Positions 1 to 11,930 of a DNA stretch of 64,000 nt are shown piece by piece. Location: IMG/VR virus record IMGVR_UViG_3300021400_000134; one strand, given 5' to 3'. The notes under the pieces are model-generated. The model worked only from the letters and a program-made list of their open reading frames with translations, searched no databases and was not told where the DNA came from. Source of the stretch: a virus (lineage: Duplodnaviria > Caudoviricetes). Made by a program: the position numbers and the translations under genes. Within the stretch, counting starts at the first letter, position 1, and each line of letters starts with the position of its first letter.

Positions 1-1
1 T

Positions 2-1513
2 GGCTGGTTGATTGATGATGTTCTAACAAAACAAATCGGTACAATTAGATTTGCAGTAAGATTTGTAGAATGGACAGATAGAGGAGATGAAGCTGCTGTT
101 AACGCTCAATTATTATACAGCTTTAGTTCATTACCAGCAACAATTTCTATTTCAGATACTTTACACTACACCCTATTTGAAGATGATGAAGAGTTAAAAT
201 ATAATACAGATGCAAATGTCACAGCAATCCAGACATTCAGAGGAGCTTTTGAAAACGCAAATCCAGATTCTGCAGACGAAACAGCTCCTGCATTAGCTGC
301 AATTCCAGTATTTGTACGTAATCTTGATGTTAATGCAACATTAATGTCAGAAGGATTATATACTCGTAATCTAGAAGGTGGAGCAAAGAACCAGCCAGAA
401 GGCTCATTAAAACTTATTGGTGAAGCTTATTCTCCAGACAGTGGAAGTGTTACTTATATGTTTGGCTTCAAGGCTCAACAAGAAGATGGAACACAGGGCA
501 TGGCTACAAAGCATGACTTTATTGAAGTTACTGATTATAGTGATGAAAATAGAAGTTACTTTGTTAAGGCTGATAATGGTATTTATGAATCAGTATCACA
601 AACAGATATTGAAGCATTACCAGAAGGCACAAAGGTTTATGAAAAGATTGCTTATGCTATTGCAACTAGACCTGGATATTATAAAGTAAATGCTCGTAAT
701 AGAGTATCTGGTAAGAAGACTAACACTGCAGATAGTTATATGCTTTATATTCCTTATGCAGCAATGCCTGAAGTTACTACACAAATGGCCGATCATTTTG
801 TCATTAGCCAGGTAGATTATGAAGAAACTTTCAATGCAAATGCACAAAGTGGTGCAAATGCAACAAGTAATATCGAATATATTCCAACTGCCGCAGCCGC
901 AGCTAAATTAACTTTAGCCCCAGTAGTTAAGGCTAGTGATGGAAGTGCTGCTGGTCAGACTGAAAACCTAAGTTATCAGTGGTATAAGAGTGAAGATATC
1001 TATGATACAGCAATGGAAAATGCTGTATTAATGGAAGGTGCAACTGAAGCTACTCTTGAAGTAACTACTCCTGGTTGCTACGCAATGAAAGTAGACAATC
1101 ATTTTAATAATGACCATACTGAAACAGAGTTATTAGATGCTGGTGTTTGCCGAGTAACTAGAATGCCAGAAAAACCAACAATTAATTGGAGTGAATGGGA
1201 AGCAACAATTATCGCTGGTAGAGTAAATATTCCTGACCTTGAGGTTTCTGTTGGAGACCATGACAAAGTTTTATATGCATGGCATAAGATTACAGACAAT
1301 GCTGAAGATAAAGACCCAGTTGCTGAAGCTGATATGCTTCAAGCTTCTGGCGAATTAGAATTCAACGCAGAGGGTAAAGCAATGTTACCATTCAGACCAT
1401 TAACAAATGGTAGATATTATTTGATTCTTGAAAATCAATTAAATGGAGCAAGTGTATTCTCTAATTCAGCTTACGAATATGGTGTAATTTACGTTGAAGC
1501 TCAAAACAATTAA
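2..1513 (+). CDS. Virion structural protein, 5'-truncated by window edge (BppU-like segment followed by Ig-like beta domains)
   Basis: Frame open from window start. GTIRFAVRF resembles the next gene; LSYQWYK and YYLILENQLNG are Ig-like motifs. Ends TAA; Trp codons seen are all TGG. Confidence 0.55.
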   Translation, partial: GWLIDDVLTKQIGTIRFAVRFVEWTDRGDEAAVNAQLLYSFSSLPATISISDTLHYTLFEDDEELKYNTDANVTAIQTFRGAFENANPDSADETAPALAAIPVFVRNLDVNATLMSEGLYTRNLEGGAKNQPEGSLKLIGEAYSPDSGSVTYMFGFKAQQEDGTQGMATKHDFIEVTDYSDENRSYFVKADNGIYESVSQTDIEALPEGTKVYEKIAYAIATRPGYYKVNARNRVSGKKTNTADSYMLYIPYAAMPEVTTQMADHFVISQVDYEETFNANAQSGANATSNIEYIPTAAAAAKLTLAPVVKASDGSAAGQTENLSYQWYKSEDIYDTAMENAVLMEGATEATLEVTTPGCYAMKVDNHFNNDHTETELLDAGVCRVTRMPEKPTINWSEWEATIIAGRVNIPDLEVSVGDHDKVLYAWHKITDNAEDKDPVAEADMLQASGELEFNAEGKAMLPFRPLTNGRYYLILENQLNGASVFSNSAYEYGVIYVEAQNN

Positions 1514-1534
1514 TTCAAAAGGAGGTAAAAGCTA

Positions 1535-2326
1535 ATGATCACAACTCCTGAAGAATATGTAAAATATCTATGGGGGATTGAAACGCAAGAGCCTCTTTAT
1601 GGTAGCCAAGTAACAGCGGATGAACCAGACCAAGCAATTCTAGATTATCTGGAATTGCTTGGTATTAATCCAGCAGAATTGCAATTAGACGAGGAAGGAT
1701 GTGTGCTAAATCCAACTACTGGTGAAGTAGTAATGCATACAGTTAATCCTTATAATAATAAGCCAATTCTATCTGTTATTTTGCCATCTGATGAAAAGAC
1801 TTTTGATGTTGATTTAGACTCTAGAGAGATTTCAGTTCCAACATTTTTAAGTGTTTCTAAAGACCATAGGGCTGAAACGATTTACTTCCTTGTGGATAGA
1901 TATTATGACTATAAAGATTTATCTCAAACTTCTTGTATTATTGAATTTATTAATGCGGAAGGTGAAGGTGGATATTATGTAGTTCCATTTTATGACATTA
2001 GTTCATATCCAAGATATTTTGATGAAGATAATGTCGAACATGAAGCAAAAATGCTTATACCTTGGTGCATTGAAGGCAATGCTACTAAGGGTTCTGGCCC
2101 AGTTCAATTTGCAATTAGATTTTATCAATTAGATGATGCAAATAAAAATTTCATTTATAATTTAAGAACAAGAGTCGCAACAGCGCAAGTTCTTGAAGGA
2201 ATGGATGAAAGTGTTTTGGATGCACATCTTGATACTGATTTGATGGCTAATTTATTGCTACAAATTAATAATAAATTAGAAACCACCGAAGCAACAATTT
2301 ATTGAACTGATTTACCAAAATATTAA
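1535..2326 (+). CDS. Baseplate upper protein (BppU N-terminal-like domain)
   Basis: GGAGG RBS; DHRAETIYFLVDRYYD...IPWCI..NAT...GPVQFAIRFY. TGA at 2303 read as Trp extends the ORF (WTDLPKY) to TAA 2324-2326, just before a terminator. Confidence 0.6.
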
Positions 2327-2330
2327 AATT

Positions 2331-2368
2331 AAAAGGGTATCCTAATTTAGGATACCCTTATTTTTTTT
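2331..2368 (+). terminator. Rho-independent terminator
   Basis: AAGGGTATCCTAA-T-TTAGGATACCCTT stem followed by a T-run. Confidence 0.85.
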
Positions 2369-2414
2369 GGCCAAATGTATATAAGACATTTTCTATAAAA
2401 CTCAAATATTTTAG
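2369..2414 (+). promoter_or_regulatory. Candidate phage-specific promoter motif (GGNCAA..ATAA....TATA-like)
   Basis: Aligns without gaps to elements upstream of nrdD (30006-29961, -), 16491-16536 (+) and 23692-23647 (-). Confidence 0.45.
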
Positions 2415-2480
2415 AAAGAAAATAAGATTTTCTTTAATAGAGAAAATTTAATAGAATAAAAGGAGAAAGGAGCGTAATAA

Positions 2481-5405
2481 ATGTCTGATACATTGGTAAA
2501 ATTTAAAACCGGAACTGTTGAAGACCTAGCCTCAAAAAAGGTTATTGATGGAGTAGAATATCCTTCTATTCCATTGGAATCAGGTTCAGTATATTTTGCA
2601 GTTGATACGGAAAATTCTAATGGTAAAATTGTATATGACTATCCGCTTGTGCGAACAGGTTTAAGTAATTGAAACAGTACCACTTCATATGCAAAAGACG
2701 CAGAAGTAATTTATAATGGAAAATATTACAAATCCTTTGTTGCTAATAATATTGGACACGTTCCTTATGGAGCAGCGAATAGTTATAATTACTGAAGAGA
2801 AATTGTAACTCGAGTAGTAATGGGAAGTAGCTATGGATTGAAACTTGAAAATGGAAATTTAATACTGGTAAGAGATGGTCAAAATACTTCGGTATCATTA
2901 CCAGATAATAATACTTGGCAAGCAAATACCAATTCTCAAGAAGGCTATGTTGCTTCTGGCTCTGGACAAGCTAACAAGGTTTGAAAAACAGATGGCAGTG
3001 GAAATCCTGCATGAAGAGATGATGATAACAACACATATTCAACTGCGACTAATACAAATTTAGGTTTGGTGAAACCTTGATATAGTCATACTAAAGCCAG
3101 TACTGGGCCTACTACAGGCTCAAATGCAACCGCAGTAAATGTAAATGCTTTATCTTCTACTGTAGGAAAGTATTATGCAATAGAGAGTGATAGCAATGGT
3201 AGATTATTTGTTAATGTGCCATGAGCCAATGATAATACATGGCAAGCCAATACAAATGCCCAGGCGGGTTACGTTACTTCTGGAGCTAGTCAAGTTAATA
3301 AAGTATGAAAAACCGATGCAAATGGAAACCCGGCTTGACGCGATGATGCAAATACTACATATTCAACAGCAACATCTTCTGTCCTTGGATTGACAAAATT
3401 AGGTTCAGATACGGTTCAGTCTGTTGATGCAAACGCAGTTTCATCTGAAACAGGAAAAACATATGCAATTCAATTAAATGGTTCTAGCCAAATGGTTGTT
3501 AATGTGCCTTGACAAAATGATAATACTTGAAATAAAGCAACTACGGCACAAGATGGCTATATTTCTAAACTATCTGGAAATGCAACTCAGTATTTAAATG
3601 GTAAAGGCCAATGGTCAACGCCACCTAATGATAATACAACCTATGGGTTATCTATTTCCGGTCATACGGTTTCTCTCGTTGCAGGAGGTACAACTACGTC
3701 TGTTACAGTTCCAGATAATAATGACAACACTTGACAGGCTAATACGGCAACTCAAGAAGGTTATGTATCAGCGCCTCCAACAGGAGATGATGGAAAAAAC
3801 AAAGTTTGAAAAACAGATTCTTCTGGAGTTCCTGGATGGAGAAATGATAGTAATAATACTTATAGTCTTGCTAAATACAATAATTTAGGTCTTGTAAAAC
3901 CTGCTTATAGTTCTACTGGTGCTGCTACATTAACAACAGCAGCCGCACAGAATTCTTCTACTCCAACAATTGCAGCAAAAACAACCGATGCGGGAAGATA
4001 TTATGGGGTAGAAGCAGATAAAAATGGAATTTTATTTGTTAACGTTCCATGAACAGATAATAATACATGACAGGCCGCAACCACAGGTCAAGTAGGTTAT
4101 ATTCCAAAATTATCAGGTACCGCAACACAATATTTAAATGGCGCTGGTCAATGAACAACTCCCCCAAATGATAATACTACTTATGGATTGTCAATAAGTG
4201 GACATACAGTTTCTATTGTTGCTGGAGGAACAAATACTTCGGTAACAGTACCAGATAATAACGATAATACATGACAGCTTAATACAAAAAATCAAGAAGG
4301 ATATGTAGCCTCTCCAAACGGTGGAACAAATAAAATATGAATGACAAATTCAACAGATGGAACACCAGCATGGACTGCAATTGGGGATGTACTAAAAGTT
4401 GGCGATGCAATGGTTTTTAAAGGCGTTATTGCAGGTACTGCCACATCACCGGGTGCATTTACAAAAGCCGCAAATTGCGGTGATACATATAGAGTTTCTA
4501 CTGCTGGATATGTTAATGGACAAAAAGTTGAAGCAGGAGATTTGTTTATTTGTACTGCTGACGGCACAGTTGCTGCAACTTCTTCAAATTATTCAACGGT
4601 ACAAAATACATGAACAATTGCACAAACAAATTTAGACGGTGCAGTTATTGGTCCTGCTAGTGCGTCTACAGGTAATTTCGTTCAATTTGATGGCACAAGT
4701 GGAAAATTAATTAGTGATAGTGGATATTCATCAAGTAGTTTTTCGTTAGTAGGACACAATCATGACGGTGCTTATGTCAACGTTACTGGCGATACAATGA
4801 CTGGTGTATTAAAGGCATATGCTAATCAATACACGGATGATTATACTACATGTGGTATAAATATGCAAAATTCTGATATTGTGGGATTAAACAGTATTTA
4901 TACTGCCGATAGCGCAGACGGGGCAGGAGAAGGCATTCATTTTTATAGAGATTCAACCCATGTTGATACTTTATGAATGAATGGTGGAGATATTCTATTT
5001 GTTCCCAATAGAGCTTTAGGGACAAATACGTCTAAGGCGAATTCTCAAAAAGTTGGTAGATTTACAGCTAATCCAACTTCTGGACAAGTTGTAATTACAG
5101 ATGGAACTACTGGTGGGATGAAATCTAGTGGTTATACCATTGCTAAAAGTGTTCCAAGTGATGCCAAATTTACTGATACAGACACTAAGCAAAATATTAC
5201 ATTAAAAACAACAACAAAAGGATATATAACGGCTGTTGAAACAACTCCTACTGGCACAGCAGCCGCCCAGCCGGGTATTGCCGATACTGGAGTTTATTTA
5301 ACAACAACAGCTGGTCAAATAAATGCAAAAACATATAAAGTAGATGAAGCAGTAACGCTTCAATACAATTCAACAACAAAGTCATTAGACTTTATATTCG
5401 CATAA
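2481..5405 (+). CDS. Long tail fibre protein (974 aa, TGA=Trp) with a CBM5/12-like motif and internal repeats
   Basis: ORF-track fragments 2481, 4341 and 4977 share a frame and are separated by TGA. Repeats NTWQANT.SQEGYV...NKVWKTD.SGNPAWRDD; WNSTTSYAKDAEVIYNGKYYKS motif; ends TAA. Confidence 0.8.
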
Positions 5406-5410
5406 TATAG

Positions 5411-5452
5411 AGGAGAGTTAACTTGACTCTCCTTTTACTTTTATGTTATAAT
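5411..5452 (+). terminator. Terminator hairpin overlapping a sigma-A-like promoter (TTGACT-18-TATAAT)
   Basis: AGGAGAGTTA/TGACTCTCCT stem + TTT; TTGACT 5423-5428, TG-N-TATAAT 5447-5452. Confidence 0.6.
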
Positions 5453-5472
5453 AAGAGAGAAAGGAGACTACT

Positions 5473-7842
5473 ATGGCGTTAAGAGTTTGGCTACCGCTCA
5501 ATGGTAGTCTTGAAAATAAAGGGGTTAGTGATTATGAAATTAGAAGTGCTAATATCACTATAGCAGATGATGGGAAAATAGGAAAATGCTATAGCTTTAA
5601 TGGAAGTAATTCTTATATTAATATCACTAATTTTGAAATAGGAAATAATTGGTCATATGGATGTTGAATTAATACTCCAAATTCTGATTCTAGAGGTTGA
5701 GAAATTGTTATGATATTAAATAATTCTGGGTCAGATGCAGATTCTCAATTTGCTTTTTGAGTTCATCAAAAAGAGAATCGTTTTGAAAGTTTGGCAAATA
5801 CTCAATATGTATCTACCATTCCCTATACCAATTATTATAATAATTGACATCATTTTTTTGCAACTTTTAATGGCGCTTTATTAACAACTTATATTGATGG
5901 AAATGTAGTTAATACAAAAACTATTACAGCAACGCAATATAATGCCGTGAACTTAACAATTGGTGCACGAAGTACAAATGCAACAGGAACAGCTTTTGCA
6001 AATTGATTTCAAGGAAAATTAAATGATATTCGTGTTTATGACCATTGTCTTTCCGCAAAGGAAGTAAAAGAAATTTCACAAGGTTTAGTTTTGCATTATA
6101 AATTAGATAATCCTTCTATTACAAATTATTTTGAAACAGGAAATCTTATTCCAAATTATAGGGAAATGAATTTAGGTTCGGCCAATGTTTCTACAGGAAC
6201 TTGGCGTTTAGCTGGGACAAGTAATATGACTAGAGCAAGAATTCAAATTACAGATTCTCCAATTGGAACATGTTATTGTTTTCAAAACTCTGGTATACAA
6301 ACAGCTAATGATGGTTCATGTTATGGAATAGATAGTACAACTTATTTTGAACCAAATACTGAATATAGAATTTCAATGTTTGCAAGAATAACATCTGGAA
6401 CAGAAGGATATGCAGGTTATAATATTTATAATATTTCTTCAGAACTAGGTGGTTCTCATACGAAAATTGATAAAAATTATAGAGTAACTTCTTTAAATTC
6501 AGATGGTTCTTGAACTTATTGTTGATATCATTTTAAAACAAATTCAACGGCTACTAGAAATATTTATATTGGTATTACCACTGGAGAGACTTCTGTAACT
6601 ACACAAATGTGTTTAATTAGAATTGATAAATGAAATGATGGAATGGATACTACTAAAATTGTTGATTCTTCTGGTTATGGGAATGATGGAAGTGTAATTG
6701 GAAATACTTTAATTCAAAGAAATTTCTCTAGATATAATACATCTATTTATATGAACAATACAGGTACAACAAATCATATTGAATATAATGCTTTAAATAT
6801 TAGTGGCGCATTTACAATTAGTTTTTGAGTAAAGGCAGCATTGTCAAAAAATCAAGTAATTTTTATTGATAATGGACATGGTTATGAATTTGGTATTTTA
6901 AATAATTTATTTTATACATCAACAACGACAAATAAGGGATGAGCAACGTCAAAATTTTTAACAAATAATTGAAATCATATTGTTATAAGATCCTCTGATG
7001 GAACGACAGCAGAATTATTTATTAACGGAATTCAAGAAACTTCAAGAACGGGTGCGAATAATAATTATTTACATAATAAAACCAATCCTTGATTATTAAA
7101 TAGAGGTAATAATAGTAGCTATGCAGCTGATGCTAGTTTATCTGATTTCCGTATTTATGCAACTGCCCTTTCTGCAGAAGATATATTAGATTTATATCAT
7201 ACTCCAGCAAATATAGATAATTTACAAAATATGCATACTTTTGAATTTCGAGAAAATAGTGAAAAAACTTCAATATATCAAAATGGTATTACATCTACAA
7301 CAAATGAAATACATGAATCAAATGCAGAATTATTAAATACCATGAGTATTGGAGGTTATACTCCAGCAAAAAATATAGCAAATTCTTGCACTAATTTTGG
7401 ATATGCAAATTTTGATAATTATGCTTCTTTGGGCAAAGATTTAGCAGTGCATATAGAATGTGATGTTGAATGGACCGCATTTACAGCAGATACCGGAGGA
7501 ACTTTTAGAGGAGTTTGGTTTCAAGGAGCAAATTATGAAATTGCTTCAAGTTCTTTTAAATGAGCTGGTACGAATTATATATGTAGTGCTTTAAATTCAG
7601 CCTTTTCATTACAAACCATATCTACAATAACAACAGCTGGAAAACACCATTATAATATTACGACAACAATTCCTGCTAGTTGATTTGCAACATATAGTAG
7701 ATCTAATTTAGGTTGAAGATGTGATTATTCTGATGGAACAGGTCATATTGATATAAAAAATTTAAAAATAACTCCATTGCAATACTACAATGCTAAAATT
7801 GGTGAAGATTTTATTTCAGCAAATAATTTTATAGAAAAATAA
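5473..7842 (+). CDS. LamG/concanavalin A-like lectin-domain tail protein (789 aa, TGA=Trp)
   Basis: Fragments 5473, 6091, 6643 and 7231 are in one frame. LamG motifs NN(TGA)HHFFATFNG..TYIDG, FQGKLNDIRVYDHCLS and SLSDFRIYATALS; ends TAA. Confidence 0.8.
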
Positions 7843-7854
7843 GGAGGTGCCAGG

Positions 7855-8478
7855 ATGGCGCAATTAAATACATATACGGTATATTGTCATACCAATTTAA
7901 TAAATGGAAAAAAATATGTTGGTATAACAAAAAATGTGCCAGAAATCCGTTGAGGATATAATGGCATCAACTATAAAGGTTGTACTTTATTTTGAAAAGC
8001 GATAGAGAAATATGGTTGAAATAATTTTTCACATGATATTTTAGAAACTGGCTTATCAGAAAAAGAAGCTATAGAAAAAGAACGATATTATATAAAATTA
8101 TGAGACACAATGAAAACTAATGGATATAATTTGACTTCTGGCGGAGAAATTAATAAAGAAATTGACGAAGAATATAGACAGCGTTTAAGAGATTCTCATT
8201 TAGGTATAAAGTATTCTGAAACTACAAGAAAGAACATGTCTAAAGCAAAAATGGGTCATCCTGGTTATAATTGTAAACCTGTTTGAATGTGTGATAAAAT
8301 AACACATGAAAAAATTAAATATTTTAAAAATTCTATTGAAGCAGAAAAATTTTTAAATAAAGGCAACACGCGTGCTCATATTGGGCACGTATGCCAAGGA
8401 AAAAGACCTTCCGCTTATGGATATTACTGAATGTTTGCGGATAAGGCAGAAGGAGGTGTTGACCTATCGCACAATTAA
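7855..8478 (+). mobile_element. Free-standing GIY-YIG homing endonuclease with NUMOD3/NUMOD1-like C-terminus (207 aa; six Trp, all TGA)
   Basis: YTVYCHTNLINGKKYVGIT, AIEKYG(W)NNF, GYNLTSGG, TRKNMSKAKMG, SAYGYY(W)MF. Absent from the ORF track because of TGA. Confidence 0.85.
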
Positions 8479-9266
8479 AAGATAGCTTAATTACTGGTGA
8501 TTTGCGAGTCACTGGTACGATATATGGAGACGCCAATTTGAGTTCACTTAATGCGAGCGGAACTGGATTGGGGTCTAATGGACAAGTTTTAAAATCAACA
8601 GGAACTGGATTGGCTTGATTGACATTGGGAAGCTTGGCTTCTAAAAGTACAATTTCTAATCATTCTGTCACAATACCAACAGGAGAGACTAGTAGAACAG
8701 CGGATGTTGCAGTAAATACAACAACGGTTAACTCAATTACTGGTGTTGGTACATTGCCAAGTTTAACTGTTACGGCAACTGATGTAGTAACAGGCGGTAC
8801 TACTACTGCTATTCCAAATATTTCAAAGAAAACTGTTGTAACGGGTGTTACTAAAAAGACAGTTGTAACTGGAGGATCTACAACAGCAGTTCCTAACATT
8901 TCAAAGAAAACTGTTGTAACATCAGCAACTGCAGCAAAAGCTACCTATAGTTCTGGAGTATTGACAATTTCCGATGGAAGTGTGACGACCGGTGATTCAG
9001 TAACAGTAGGAACTGCAATTAATGCTTATACAAGTTTAACAACTGGAGATAGTGTTACTGTAACAACTGGTGATTCAGTAACAGTTGGTACAGCTATTAA
9101 TGCTTATACTGCTTTAACTACTTCAAGCATCGGTTCCGCTAGTAATTGAAGTGCTGGTACATTACCAACTAAAGGTTCTAATACAACTGTTGCTACTGGA
9201 ATTAAAACACAGCCTACATTTACAGTTACAACGCAAACAACAACATTAACACATACAATAAGTTAA
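8466..9266 (+). CDS. Thr-rich tail fibre/needle protein, probable ATC start
   Basis: GGAGG at 8452 then ATC GCA CAA TTA AAA GAT (AQLKDSLITGDLRVTGTIYG); in frame with ORF 8619 through TGA 8616 and 9147; ends TAA. Confidence 0.7.
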
Positions 9267-9278
9267 GGAGGTAATTAA

Positions 9279-10736
9279 ATGGCAAATGGTTTAATAGGAA
9301 AAATAACTGCCGGAGGTGGTACACATTTAATTGCCTCGACAGCTTACTTTACGTGTGCAACGGCTAAGGCTACTGCGGCAAAAGTGGCAGCTGCTGCAGA
9401 TACAAATTTAGATAATATAACTTTAATGACAGGCTTAACTATTTATGTAAAATTTACAAATCATAATGAAGTAGCAAATCCAACATTGGCTTTATATAAA
9501 TCAGATGGTACGACTAATTTAGTTGCTGCTAAACCTATTATGAGATATGGAACAACAACAGCTTATCAAAGTGCTGCTGGTTCTTGGCGCGATGGGGCAG
9601 TAGTAGCTTTTACTTATGATGGAACTAATTGAGTTGAGCACTCGAGTATTGATGATAATAGTAATGATACAGGATATTATGTTAGACATATCTATACAAA
9701 TATTAAAGCTGGTTCTGTTGGTATTTTCCCTTATACAATAATTATGCAAAGAAATGACGGACGTTGAGATTCTATTGTAACAAGTAGTTCTACTGGTACG
9801 TCAAAAGCGTGTAATACAAATGGATTCGTATTAGGTCAAGTCATGCTAATGTATGCGAATAAAACTTATGCCGCAGATGCTAATGTTGATACATATAATG
9901 TATGACAAATGCATAGCGGACTAGTTGATCATAGATATAGTTTTAATACCGCTAATAATGCAACAAGTGGTACTGCCGCTAGAAAACCTATATATTTAGT
10001 TGGGACTGTTACTAATGGATTATTCTATTTAGATACAACTAAATGATGAGCTACTGCTTTACCGACAAGTGCTGATGGGAAAGTCTATATTTATATAGGA
10101 GAATCTTATGATTATTATAGACTTACGTTTACTGGGTATCATCCAATATATCATTATACAAATGGAGCTTTAAGACTATACGGGGGAGACGCCTCAACGG
10201 TTAATGGACAAGTATTAGGTACATTAGCAACTAAATCCAGCATTGCTAATCATTCATATACGCCAGCTGGAAGTGTCTCCGTTTCTACTAATGCGACAAC
10301 CAATAAAACAGCTACGGTTAGCCCAGCGTCTTCTGGAACGGCTACATATACACCAGCTGGAACAATTGCTGTAAATACTGCAGGTTCTACTGTTGCTGCA
10401 GATGATATTACCGCATGAACAACTAATACGCCAACAGCGGTTACTAAAAAAACTGTTGTAACTGGTACGAGCGCAACTACAATTAGCGTATCTTCTGAAG
10501 TTTTAACAATACCTGCTTCCGTTATAACGTCTGCAACTACTGGTGATAGCGTTAGTGTAACAGCAGGTACAGCTGCATCATTATCATACACTGCACGTAC
10601 AGTTAAATCTGGAGATGCCAGTTATAAATTTACTGGTACTGGTGTGCGTTTGGTTACTGGTAATATTGCGGTTCCTAATACATATACCGCATCATTTACC
10701 GGCACAGCAGCAACATTGACTCATACAGTTTCATAA
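9279..10736 (+). CDS. Tail fibre protein (485 aa, TGA=Trp, including tandem TGA-TGA at 10044-10049)
   Basis: GGAGG RBS; single frame to TAA; C-terminal LGTLATKSSIANHS...TLTHTVS module paralogous to the preceding gene. Confidence 0.75.
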
Positions 10737-10746
10737 AATTTTTTTC

Positions 10747-10775
10747 TTGACACATCAAGAAAAATTTCGTATAAT
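10747..10775 (+). promoter_or_regulatory. Perfect sigma-70/sigma-A consensus promoter overlapped by an inverted repeat
   Basis: TTGACA-17 nt-TATAAT; TTTTTCTTGA-CACA-TCAAGAAAAA palindrome over the -35 box. Confidence 0.8.
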
Positions 10776-10780
10776 ACATA

Positions 10781-10948
10781 TAGGTTAAGATGGTAAGTCG
10801 ATACCAGAATGAAAAGTTTAAAAAATGGATTGGGAATATTTAGCTGGAAAATCCTTATCATCTTAATCTATTTTAAAAAATCGCCTCTTATTCCAAAAAA
10901 TAGGAGGGAGGGGGTAAGTTTTAAATCTCTTACCTCCCATATTTTTTT
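10781..10948 (+). ncRNA. Candidate small structured RNA
   Basis: Starts at the predicted +1. A 17-bp stem (10781-10797 with 10854-10870, two G-U pairs) is followed by a terminator-like hairpin (GGGGGTAAG/CTTACCTCC + T-run). Confidence 0.45.
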
Positions 10949-10963
10949 ATAGGAGGATACAAC

Positions 10964-11917
10964 ATGGCGGATATAAAACAGATAAAGGTAGGCACTACTA
11001 CCTATGATATAAAAGATGGTACCGCTAGAGAAGCATTATCTGAAAAAGTGTCTAAAGCTGGTGACACCATGACAGGAAACTTATGAATAAGTAATGGTTT
11101 AACCAAAGGAACAAACCCAAGTTCTGATACCACTCGCTATGTATCTTTTGTTGATGGTGAAGGAATCGCTGTAGATAATAGAACAGGTGCGATTATTAAC
11201 CAGATAAAAACAGATGGAACATCTTTTACTGGAATTTATGCCTATGATTTTACTGCTGATTCTACTCAAGCCCAAGTTTTAAGAACATTTAAACCGCAAG
11301 GCGGTAATGGATATTCAAATGTTAGTAGCGCTGATGTTTCTAATGCGGTTTTAAGAAATATTGGTTATGGTACAGGCTCTCCTAGTGGTGGCAGTGATGG
11401 AGATGTTTATATTCAATATAATACAACTTCCACACATCCATTTTTAGATTTAGTTTATCCAGTGGGTGCAATTTATTTATCTACTGTTAATACAAATCCT
11501 GGGACTTTGTTTGGAGGAACTTGAAGTCAAATTAAAGACAGGTTTTTGCTTGCGGCAGGTGATACTTATGCTGCTGGAGGTACTGGTGGTGCTGCAACAG
11601 TAACGTTAAGTAAAGCTAATATGCCGGCTCATACTCACAGTAGAGGCACCATGGAAATCAAAGGTAGTTTTCGTATTAATGATGATGGCAATAATGCTGG
11701 TCTTGATGCTGCTAGTTCTGGAAGCGGAGCCATTAGCGCGGTAAGCGGAACAGGAACAGGTTCAGATGTAGATGGAACTGGATGAGCAGTAACGAAAGGT
11801 TTTGATTTTCAAGCTTCTAAGAATTGAAGCGGGGCAACATCTTCAGAAGGCTCTGGTACTGCGCATGAAAATATGCCACCATATCTTACTGTTTATGTTT
11901 GGCAAAGGACTGCATAA
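10964..11917 (+). CDS. Tail/baseplate fibre protein with gp10-C/tail-collar-like domain (TGA=Trp)
   Basis: MADIKQIKVGTTTYDIKD...YPVGAIYLSTVNTNPGTLFGGT(W)SQIKDRFLLAAG...HENMPPYLTVYVWQRTA; TAA. Confidence 0.75.
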
Positions 11918-11930
11918 GGAGTAATATAAT

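Noticed and set aside
2875-4635. Short ORF-track entries in alternative frames (2875, 3187, 3598, 4399) and antisense ORFs across the window
   Set aside because: Shadow ORFs overlapping longer table-4 or table-11 genes, without RBS or protein-like motifs
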